Origin: Ostrea edulis
Taxonomy: Eukaryota
Direction: 5' to 3'
NCBI RefSeq assembly: GCF_947568905.1
Contig: NC_079172.1
Location: forward strand, 26,970,001-27,034,000
Length of the DNA stretch: 64,000 nucleotides
Position numbers and translations under genes: made by a program. Below, in pieces: positions 25,211 through 37,700 of this stretch. How positions within the stretch are numbered: the first letter of the stretch is position 1; the number at the start of each line of letters is the position of its first letter. The notes beneath the pieces are model-generated. The model did no database searches and was not told where the DNA came from. It saw nothing but the letters and a program-made list of their open reading frames with translations.

Positions 25211-25718
25211 ATGTCGGGCTTTATTGTGAACGGCTATCAATCGGGGCTCGTATCGCGAAGCAACGCAGAATGGGTCAACATCCAAAAGAACACTTTTACC
25301 AACTGGGTCAATGAACAACTGCGCTTGCGGGGATTATCTGTCCATGACCTTAGAACTGACCTTGCTGATGGGGTCAGTCTGGTTGCTCTGTTAGAAGTTC
25401 TACAGCGCCGGCGCCTTGCTAGCTGTGTTGAGCGCCCAAGCAATCCTCATGAAGTTATGCAGAATTTAAATGTTGCTCTGGAAGCGATCGGAGAAGACAA
25501 TGTTCGAATTGTTAATATTGGTAAGTAGACCCCTTGTGTCTCAGGTTTCAAAGGTCACACAGAATTTTACATGTACAACTTCCCCTGTACCAGTTTGACG
25601 TTTACTATGTTAAATAAAATTGTAACACATCTCGTAAATATTGGAATCAATGATCAATGGGGGGGGGGGGGGGGGGGGGGGGTGAATATTGGTTGGTTGT
25701 ATATTGTTTAACGTCCCT

Positions 25719-25753
<35 letters not shown>

Positions 25754-28700
25754 CTGCTGGTGAAGGGCTGCAAAATTTAGGCCTTTGCTCGGCGCTTTCG
25801 GCCTTTGAGCACGGGGGGATTTTTATTGTGCCATACTTGCTGTGACACGGAGGGGTGAAGGTATAGCGAACATCGAAAGAGGTAGTTGAAATCTTATGTT
25901 GAATTAAGGAAAGGGTTGACAAAAATGTAATGAGTACCCCACCCCCGGTTTCGACGCCCATGCACCTGAAGGATGGTATGGAAATTCTTTTGGATAAATA
26001 TTGTACTGGCAATCCCACTGCACGTATCAGAAATTAATGCCGTGGAGTATTATGTCTCTGCACGCGATGAAAACGTTTGAATGGGGAATTTCATATTCTG
26101 CAAACGACTGAAACCCCTTCTTAGCCTGATTAAATCCTTTCTCCAGATGTATGCAATACCAAACACACATGCTAAATCAAAATCTGATATTATACAGTTT
26201 TGTCTGAACAAAGTAGACGGAAAATACTTTTGTAACCACGCAGAAACATAAGGGTATGCAGTGTAACCTGATGGGTAACTTAGGTGCAGAATTTACCTTA
26301 TTCAAGGTCAATGTTTCTATACACCCAAGTGAAGATTTACAATAACACGATAAACTGTGCGACCAAAGCCTTCAATCATTATGTATAGATAATTCAAATC
26401 TCGGTGTTTGATACATGTACAGACTGTAAAGAACGTAACTCCTCGTTTGAGTTACTTCATTTTATCTATTTTCTTTTTCTAAATAAAGTTCGTCCAACCA
26501 TCTCTTATCTATTGAGTAGTATGGAATAATACTTTAAAAGACATGCATGGTAGTAGATCTGTGAAGGTAAATATCGTCATAACAATGTATGCACCTGATG
26601 TTTAAACATTTTCAAGTAGCAACACACTATTCATTCAGTACATATATATGTTCAGGCAACTTGCTTGTATGCGTTAGCTTAAAGTAAGATAAATTATCTT
26701 AATCTCAGAGAAAATTGTTTGAATTCAAGACTTTAAAAAATAAATAAATTGGTACATGTAAACAGATAGCCAGTACTGTATGGCCAAAAAGTACTTTTCG
26801 CTTTATTACAATATACTGTATATAGTCCCGTGGGGATCAGAGTTAGAACAGGTCCTCAGTACCCCTTGCTTGTTGTAAAAAGCGACTAAATGGGAGCGGT
26901 CCTTCGGATGAGACCGCAAAATCCAAGGCCCCTTGTCACAGCAAGTGTGGCACAATAAAGATCTCTTCCTGCTCAAAAGCCGTAAGCGCCAAGCAAAGGC
27001 CCAAATTTTGAAGCCCTTCACAGGCAATGGTGACGTCTCCATGTGAGTGAAATATTCTCGAGCGGGACGTTAAACAACATTCAATCAATAATTTACTGTG
27101 TAAAGACTCGGAAAAAAATCAAGAAAGTTTTCCCCGACTGACTAGAATACCTCCTATTTACAATATAAAAACATACACCCAGGTCACAGGTTAACCCCTA
27201 TACCTGATTCCGCGTTGACAGTGCAAAGACGCATCAAACATAGCCAATCACGGAGTGTTTTTAAAACCTTAAAAATTGCCAAATTTGATACAAAATGTCG
27301 CATTCTCCCATCTTTATGTATACATTGAAGGTTCGTGTTTGTCATTAAATGGACAATCCTTTTCAGTGAAGCAATAAACTATCAACAAAGTAATGGTTCT
27401 CACAAAGAATGTCTTTAGAGTGGTTTAATAGAGCATTAAATGTTCAGTTTCCCCTTTTAAAGCGAACTTGCCTATGCCCGGTCTCGTAATAAACCAGTTT
27501 TAAGCTACATACCTTGGTCAAGAGAATAAGTTTTCATTTCATTTGTAGGTTGACCTGACCCATTTTTTTTCCATTTCATCATGTACATGATAAAAACAAG
27601 TGAAACGATGATTTTGCATTATCTATCTTTCTTTTTAATGAATGGTCCGATCATAGTACTTTACTATACACGACGTTTCTCAGTAACATATACCTATTTG
27701 TCATGCCAAAAACAAAGCCCACAAACGTGGGATATATTACCAGATTTGTTTTAGAGTTCCCATATTACTGCTTCGAGCATTTAAAATGTACAAACATGTA
27801 CTACAGAAAGTTATGTGTATATTAAGTTATTGTAGCAAACGAGAAAAACTTTTGCCAATCGGAGATCAAATACGAAACCTTTGTAATACTGCAGTTAGGT
27901 GATCTAACCACTGAGCTAACCTGGCCGATATCCATGAGTACGAAATACAGTAATACTATTACAATATGTTAAACCCAGGGTTTGACGAGAACGCTAGTCC
28001 GGTAGCCCGAGGCTTGTAAACTTTGTCCCGGACTATCAGAATATCAGTTACGAGTAGTCCGGTGGACTACTGAAAAATTAAAAACTTAATGGATTCGACT
28101 AATGTCTAATCTTGAACAAAGCCTCGTCAATTCTGCCCTTAGAATAATATACATGTAGGTCTCTACAGCCCAGAAGTTAAGTACTTACTAGCTTGAAAAT
28201 ACAGATGTATATTTAATTGCTGTGATAAAATTTAGAAATTCATTTCAAATTAAGGATTATCTCCCTCATGCATAGCTCTGATCCTTAGACGAATTTGACT
28301 CCAGTCTTTGGCACTCTGATTTTCTTTTTAGTTCTTACAGGTTTATTGTTATTTCGGATTTCCAATAGTTCGGCTTCAGCATCACTGAAGAGACATTATT
28401 TGTCGAAATGCACGTCTGGTGCATTAAACTTGGTACTGTATAAGTTTTACATATAGCTCGTAAAACTGCAATTCAAGCATAAACTCTACACCCAAACGTC
28501 GTGGTTTGATAATCAGAGGCTAAGATGAGCTTCTTAGGTCATTTTACAAAATTATTGATTGCTTGCTTGATTGTTTTGCGTCCCGTCGAGAATTTTCCAC
28601 GCATATTGAGACGTCACCAGCCGTAGGTGAATTACCACAATTAAACCGACAGGGTCGTACACTGTATAGCAGTGAGGGTTCTTCATCTTGCCAACACCTG

Positions 28701-31700
28701 CTGCGACACAGGACCTCCATTTTTAAGGTCATATCCGGAAGACCCGTTATTCTCACTTCTAAATGCCGAGGGTTTGGGGAAGGAGCAATCGTTTAACGTC
28801 TTAGGTTTGACTCAACCATGGAACGTGTAGGACTCGAACTCACGACATCCCGGTTAAAAAGCAAAGCTGTACCACTGAGCTACCACGACTGGTCATTTTG
28901 CAATAGAAATGCAGTATTTTGCTTCTAGTCTTTGAAAAAAAATTCCGCGGTAGCCCCCCGCCACCATCCCGCACTGCCCCCACCCCTTGCGACTCGGCCG
29001 ACTGTCTCCAGCAGCTGGACTAGCTACTGACCTAGCAGGACTAGTTAATTACAGAATCGTCTAGTCCTTTGGACTACTATAGGGAAAAAGTTAGTGTCGA
29101 ACACTGTTACAAACCTATTTTGGAAATCATACAAAAAGCGTTTATCATTTATTATGCGTAATGAATAGATGACCCAATTTTGGGGCAATACGTTCGTCAG
29201 TAGACGATTGTCGTACACTCAGTTTTGGAGACTGAATGCAACTCAGCATGTATATTTACATGATCGGGTAAATGAATTGAACGGTCATTCCCCGATATTC
29301 AGACGTTCATTTCACAGCAGGCATTTAATGGGGTCCAGTTATTTCGTAACACGGCCATATCCATCTTAACAGCCTCGGACACATACCCAGTGCTTTTATT
29401 GTGTTGAACAAGCTAACATTGTACATGTTCTCTTCACATGGCTTTTTAATAGGTTACATTTTTGAAAGTCGTGCACTATATGAGGATCTTTAGTTTGATA
29501 TGTCGGAAGACTGAGAAGTCTCTAATGGAAGCGCTTAGAGAGGTGTACTAATGTTTAGTGATATCGTTACTTACCAATTGCTCCACTCGAAACATTAAGA
29601 AATATCAACAGCTTAACACAGATTGAAAGTTGAATGATGAAGTAATCATCAATACAGATAATCTCAAGTAGTAAAACATGGACGATTATATGTTTGGATT
29701 CGGGGGGGGGGGGGGGATCTATTTTTTTATTTTTATTTTTGAAAAGTGGAGTGGAGGTTCTCTCCTACAAACCTGTATTGGTCACGTAAATCTTATTCCG
29801 TATAGACAGGTCGCAATATTGTTAAAAATATGATACAATTAAAGAACTTTTCAATATTTCTTAGGCTGTACAGACATCACAGACGGCAATATCAAACTAG
29901 TTCTCGCCCTTATTTGGCAGCTGATTCTCCGATATCAGGTGGGACTGTCTAATATCCAACACAAGAACTGGATGTTAGCATGGTTACAAGCTGTAATTCC
30001 GGAATGTGCCATCACAAACTTCACAACTGACTGGAATGACGGCGTTGCTTTACAGTAAGTCAAATTCCTTCCATCGGTACAATATATATGATTGAAAAAA
30101 ATTTGCATGATGTGTTGTGTAATTTGATTGAATTGCATGTTTGTTTAAATCTTGTGGCGAAAATTCAATGCATTGAAAACTGATGGGAAACCGCCCATCA
30201 TTAAATAAGTACAGTGCTGTCTACTCCAATGCATGCAGCCAATATATTCAAACGTAGATGTAGTGATATCGAAATTCCTGTCGTTTGATTTAAACCCGAG
30301 CCAAATATGTACATTGCATTTTGATTCACTCTGTATTTTTAACTAACTTTACCTTCTTTATTGAATACAAAGGATCATTTATGCAGTTAGATTTTGCATG
30401 TGTCAAATGTTTGTGAAGCCTACTGCGGTTAACGGAAAACCGCCCAAGGCAGAAAATTGTTTGTCTTTCGGCAAAATTTTAAAATAGCTGCTTTGTTTAA
30501 CACGCAATATTACGATATACAAGTTAACGGGTTTGGTATGTGAAAAAAAAATAAAATGCAAACCTGAACAACCAGTTTGGTTTGTGGCTTGTAAGACATT
30601 TTTTGGTATCCATTTATATGCGCGCATATGTTTTATACTGGACGATTGTGAAGATGTTAAATGTATATAAGATAAGCCTAATCTGGCTAATGAAAATTGA
30701 TATTTCTGTTCAATCTTTAAGATCTGAAATATTTTGTTAAAAGATTCAATTCTTGTGTGACAAATTATGATGATATTTACGACCAGTTTTGCGCTTTTTA
30801 ATGTTATGGAGAGCACAATTAATTTTTCTACTGTCGACATATATTTCACAAAATACTTGACAGTGTAAATAATGTTCTGCAAAGTGGTCTTTATTTACAA
30901 AGAGAAGAAAGGTACAAAACGGTATATGTTTTCATCAAAACAAATTAAAATCCTGGAAATGTAATTAACTTTCAAAAATATTATTCCATTTTAGGGGTGG
31001 GTGGGGGGGCACATTATGTACATACCATACATACCCCTTTGTAATGATAAACTGACAAGAAAGCACGCCTGTAGTGTACAAACAAGTATTCAAAAGCTCT
31101 AGAGATCGTCTCATTGAACAAGATAATTTGAAAATGATTCAGTTTATCTTTTTTTAAAGTCAATGTGATCCGCGTCTCACTACTGAGAAAACTTCCAGTA
31201 TTATATAGTGATTCATACGACAAAATTTTCACACGGTCCGCTGGTATTATCATGGGGTTTCTCTGCAGTTGTACGTCCTATATAGAAGAACGATATATTG
31301 TACATGATACAAACATCGCCACAGTAGAATAGAAGTATTTCACTCGTATTTGAAACTTTTAAAGAATACCCCAGAGGTGTCTGGCGATATTGTTGGGAAA
31401 TAGAGGCGAGCCCGAAGGCCGAGGTTTATTATTTTCAAACACTATCTCTCGATTTTGGAGTTATTCTCCAACAAATACCTACCAGATCATCATTCCTTTA
31501 AAATTTACTGGCTGTCATAGTTGTTCAACGCGCAGGGGATACTTTTAAAGCTATCAGACAAAATGATGCCTAAATATTGTAGAATTTAGTTCAAGGTTTC
31601 TCAAAGCATATTTTTCTTCCACGTACAAAGCGTGGGTGCATTCGTTGTTACAAATAAAAGTTCGTGTGTTCGAGAGAACCACAAGAAGTAGAATTTTAGG

Positions 31701-34700
31701 TCATATTTCTTTTCAAAATGAATTCAAGGTCATAAAAATAACGAGTTAGACTACCCACTCAAACGCATTCAGCTCACCATAATCATATGCAATCACTGAA
31801 TCTAGTGTACTGATAACTATGTTCTATAGTTGTGATTGTAAAATAGATGAAACGTGATTCAGTAAAATTAGGCAAAATCAATCTCATTTCAATGAACGAA
31901 TTTAAAAAATGTTCTGATGAAATAAGTATTATCTACATGTAACATCCTCAACGTTCAGAATACGTACATATTCCGTGAAATGAGGTACAGGTCTCCTTAA
32001 TTGCGTGTTGTACATTATCGCTGAAACATTCTGTTCCGGATAAAAACGACCAACTGGAGCATTAAAACATACGAGATAATAGAGATAGAATTTCACTTTG
32101 AAATTAGATATCTCAGCAAAATGTACTATCCCTGGTAATTTCGTGTACAGTGCACAGCTATTTGATGCGTGTCAATGATGTGAAGTACATAATATACGAA
32201 TTAAACTTTGATACAATGTACCACAGGTAAAAAATAATCGACATAGCTTTAGTAAAAGTTTGCAATGCAAGGGATAAATTGTCTCTCTTCAGAACTACAA
32301 ACATCACATTACAGTTTAACACATAAATCACCGCCAATACAAATTCTACGTGTAATACATAAGAGTGTGTGTTGGCTTTAGACATATACCCTTGAACACT
32401 TGTTAGGTCTTGTATCATAAACAATGCTTTCTTGCATAAAACAATTTGATTAACACTGTATCTTTAATTATGTACATGTGATGTATTTCATACAAACAAC
32501 CAAGGCATTCACTGTAAATGTGTAATCATTTGGTGTGTACTATATTTAGCGGAAATTAAGTTTTTGCTTTTTTTAGCTGGGGTTTGATTTAACGTTTATG
32601 GGATGTTTTTGTTGTTGGTTGTTTTTTTTTTTTTTACAGCTATAGTTAAGTTACCCAATAACTACATGTACTTTTAAGTTTACCCACAATAAATGCAACA
32701 TTTTGCAATGTACCTGATTTAGCCCGAAAGCGCTAAAAATAATACACCGCCAAATGCATTCGACAAAGTGCCTGACACGCCCTTCTTTTTACAGTGCGTT
32801 GATAGAATTCTGCAGCCCTGGTTTGTGTCCAAATTGGAAAAGTCTCAGGGGTCAGAATTGGTAAGTCAAAAGACCCTTCATTGATAAGATATTTGAAGAA
32901 AGCTAATATTTTCAGTAGTAATCTTAGATGATTTCTTCAACAGGAAGTTCTAATGTAAATTGTATTAGAATATACGATATAGCTGGTAAATTAATCATTT
33001 CATCTATGTGACTCTGCAAGTAAAATTTTAAATTCCTTTTATATTTTCTTAAGAAAAAATATTTTTCCATTAAAATTTTATATCTGTTGGAGTAACTACT
33101 GGTAATAATAGTCTATTCATTGCATATTTTGAAATAACTACCTTTGAATTAAGTTAATCTGTATTCTATAACAATACACTAAGTTTGTCGCGTTAGTGAC
33201 CGACGCTGAGCGGAATTATAAATGAGTTTAATGTATTACATTTCAGGCTCAGCAATTGTCAAAATGGAATGAAAATAGCCCGCAAGCACTTCGGAATTCC
33301 ACTCATTCTTAATCCGGAACACCTCGCAAGTTCCCAGTTGGACGAACTTTCTTGTATTACTTATTTATCATATTTCTTGAAAGTTGGCTCTCCAGGATAT
33401 AACGCCACGCTTCAGCGAGTACAGTCCCTTACAAGGAACTCTCCTGTGACCAATTTCACGGTCAGTTTGTTTGAAAAGTCTTGTTATCGCCAAGATGAGT
33501 GCTATCATAGTTTTCCATTATTAGGATATTCAATGATACAGCTGTAGATATTCCATGTTAATATTATTGACATAAAGAAGAAAATCTGCCATATGGCTCT
33601 CTTAATTAAATAAAGAAACTGAAACTGAAAAACTGAATAGATACAATCACAAGGTATTTTTCAGAAAAGTGCAAATTTCATAGTGTTTCGGCCTTGTGTT
33701 TATTTACGTCAAGGAAATTCTAAATTCACGTTGACAAATACGCCTATCACATTTGTAGAGTGAAGATTTAGCGACAGCAAATACATGGCAATACTATACT
33801 ACCTATGCCATCTTTTGCAACAAATGCCACGTGTGGTCATATTTAGATGAATTCTTCAAGTGTATGAATGCGCTGACCTTTTTTCCTATCCTGTATCACG
33901 AACAAGCTGTCTATGATCAAAATGTAGAAAAGAGGAAGGAAATTGACAATTTTTATTTTCGTTCGTTTTGGTCTGGTATATTCCAGTTGAAACCATATCT
34001 TATGCGCCCACATTGTTTTATAGGCTATGATTAGTTATAAAGCATTGGTATTGTGTAATCAGTTCTTCGTCGCACTTGCAGGTTTTGTTGAAAAAGTATA
34101 ATGTGGCGAATTTATCCGTCTCATCTCCCATACTCATTTAGCTTCGAAAATTGTTCAGGAGACATCAGCATCATATAAAATGATTGGTGTTATCAGCTTT
34201 TCCATCGGTAGGTCATGGGTGGGCGTACTGGACTACTGTCCTGTGACGTAGCAATTTGTCGGTGACGCAGGTTAAGTTTTAAAGAACATAAAATCCCAGA
34301 ATCCTGTACATTGTATGTCTTATAAATCCGTCTACGGAAATTCTATTGTACTTTAAACCTTCGATAATTACAACAGAGAAAAACAACAAACAGTCGTTCG
34401 TGTTTCAGGTCGGACTAGGCAGTGATAAGTGTACAGAAGGGACTTTCACTTTTAATAATAGACTATGCATTGTTTAAAACTTTTTCAATCTACCATATGC
34501 TTTCAGACTGATTGGAACGATGGACAAATCTTGTGCGAGTTAGTATCCAGTCTCGGAGGAAACCTAGGGGACTACAATACGGCCTCTAGCATAGAGAGAC
34601 TGCAATATGGTACGTATTCATACTCACTGCGCGCATTGATTTCATTTATAGCACTGCCAGTGGCATGTTTGTTTCTGGAAGAAAATCAATTCAATTACGA

Positions 34701-37700
34701 CAGAATATTTTACTAATTCGCTAAAATAATATTGACATCTAAATGCATAATATCCTACAGGCATTGACGGCGCACAAACTCTTGGCGTTTATCCTATACT
34801 AACTGCAGCCGATATGGCTGAAGAAGACACGGAACACCTCGGCATCATGGCGTATGCCGCAAAATTTATTAATATGAAACCTATTTCCATATCAGCTTTC
34901 TCAAAGTATGGGCAGAAACAGGTAAATGTCATACCACACCATACAATCACAAAAAAACAAGCCCTGAGACATGTTTAATTATGGATAGGTGAACGATTCA
35001 CTTATGCATACGGGAAATAAAATCACCGATAATTTAGTTTGTAGAAATCATAACTTTCTTTTAAATATGTTTTTCACGTGTCTAATTGGGTATTCTTTTA
35101 ATTTATGAATTCCCTCACCTGTATTTTCAGATTATTGTCTGTGATGAAAGGCACACGGTGATACCCACAGAAACTGTGATTCCAATTAAAAATGTCGGAG
35201 ATTCAAATTACGCAATTGTCCAACCTGGTAACAACAAACCCGACAGGACGAGGTCTTTTCGAATTGAACGAATAAACAACGGATTCGACAAAACCAATTC
35301 CTATCATATTGGAGGAACGGGGTCTAAAACAGAGAAAGCAGGTTCATTTCGTGTTGACAGAACCTCTTTCTCCCCTGATCCACGATCCAGTCATATACAG
35401 ACCAATGGCTACCAGGATACACCGACTGAAAGCAATGTAACTTACAATCTCATTCGACAACCGTCACTACGGAAAGCAAAGAAAATCCAATCTGATCCGA
35501 CTGGCGGGTTTAAAGTAGACACATATTCAGTTGGTGTCATCATGTCAACGGCGGTAATTAAAACTATTACTTTGAAATGAATGTTTTGCTGATTGAGTAT
35601 TAAGGCAACTCTTTATTTTCATTAACAAACGTAGGAGTCAAATTACAGAAACATTCACAATCAGTCAGATCACTGGCATTCATGATCGTTTTAAAATGTA
35701 TGTATTGAAATAAGACTATGTTCTTTAATCAGCAGTATGTTTTCTATTTCAACAGACAGATGATATTTTACTGAAAGACGATATTAAACTTGAGGCTGTC
35801 TCCCCAAATGGTCGCGTAATCAAAATGTCTGGTGTTGGGACATACAATGCTCAGTTCGAACCCGATGAAATAGGTACTAGCTAAACTTTTCTATTTTAAA
35901 AAAAAATCCAATATATAATGGTGGCATTCTAATGACTTCAGCTAAGCATAAATTAAATGATTTTACAGGAGAATGGAGAGTTGCCTTGTACTGTCAAGGG
36001 AAGCGCATCGATTCCTGCCCTGTTGATGTTTGTGACCCCTCAAGAGTCAAGGTCATTGATCTAAAGGGCGGGGTAGTTGGTCGACCGAGCAGGTTTAAAG
36101 GTAAAAGTGAAAAAAGCGATTCATAATTAATTCTTTACAAAACATATTTAATGTAGTTTATGATAATGTGGAATATTGAAAAACGAAGAATCGTTTTCTC
36201 TTTTATGCTAATAGCTTATTTTTTTTCTTCAGTTGATTGTTCGGAAGCTGGGAACGGTGATCTAGAAATATTCGTTAAAAATGACAAAGGCCGCGTGCCA
36301 TCCTTTTGCACGGACAATGGGCGGGGCATCTACAATGTCCAGTTCACTCCGTATCTGAAAGGACCGCATTACGTCTCGGTCAATTTCAACCGGGCGGAAA
36401 TCAGAGGTTGGTTGGTACCAAGTTCAAAGCATCGCGTTTATATGAAAGGGGCAAAAATAAAATTTGGTCAATATTCAAGTAAGGTGTATTAATCTTTTAT
36501 CTGCTTTGTTTACACCAGTTCCCAAACAGGTCGCAGATGTTTGTAAGAAGTGTATTCTTTAACTAAAATCATTACTTTTTACCCGTTATTAACCAAAATC
36601 TCCCACTATTTCCGAGTGCATTATTAGTAATATAACACAATAATTTGAATTAATTGAAATAAGTTTGAAACTGAATTAATAGCATGGCTTTGCTTTGTTC
36701 TCATGATAATTGGAATTATTATAATTTGTTGTGTGGGTGAATTTTGTAGTACATTGTAAAGGAAGGTGAACAAAGTCTATATACTTATGTACATGAACTG
36801 ACGAGACACAAAATTTCATGTGAGCCAGTGATATAAAATATCTGATTCTTTCGTTATACAATAAAAGGGATAACACTATTATTAATCATGAATGTGATAT
36901 ATTTTAGACGATGAGATTTTACTGGGTTCAGATGGTGAAGGGATGCACAGACGAGCAATTTTCCACTCTGAAATAACGGAAGAGGATGGAAAATTCAAAG
37001 TCAAGGCATCTTGTATGTTGTGTTTTTCTAGCTTGCAATATTAAAAGGAGGGTTGGGCATTTTGATATATTTAGATAGCAATACCTGTTAACAGTAGAGA
37101 GATTCTGCTTGTTCTAAACCATTAGTCTTGCAGTGAAGTTGTGGTGATATGATTTATACCGCCTCCACCATCGCCATATTTATTTTTCCATCTGTACATA
37201 TGTAGACACATGGTTAAAAACAGTGTTTTAGTCTGTATTTACCTTATGTCAAGTAGAAAACATACCAAACTTGTCGTTCAGACCTATATATGCTTCTGCT
37301 AACGCCCGAGTGCTGCATCTGACCTACATCATGCGCTACATTGACTCTAGTTAAGGACGACGGTAAATCCAGTACTCGCCTTATTGACAGTGGAACATAA
37401 ACCCAATTCGCGCATATGGCACAACTCTAGATGTTTTATCTAGATTTAACTCGTGGTGTCCAGACGCTGCATCTAACACAGTTTATACATGTAATTTAGA
37501 GCCAGCAATAGATGATACAAGTATCAATAGCGTTGAGATCTTTTCCCAGTTTATGGCAATTAGTATATCAATTAAACATGATTCTGTTTTATAGTACATT
37601 TTCGTCGACATTAATGCGTGGTTTGCATGCTCTAACGGATCTACATGTTACTTTAGAGTGACTGGGGTTATGGATAGGATTTATGTCTAATATCATTAAC

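Larger units (their letters stand above)
27976..29106. mobile_element. hAT-like non-autonomous DNA transposon hosting two nested insertions
   Basis: Imperfect TIRs CAGGGTTTGAC / GTCGAACACTG; clustered subterminal TAGTCC/GGACTA motifs at both ends; no clean TSD. Interrupted by 28152-28452 and 28553-28894. Confidence 0.55.

Noticed and set aside
30403-30882. 159-aa minus-strand ORF
   Set aside because: AT-rich intronic sequence with no recognisable domain or splice signals; likely a chance ORF.
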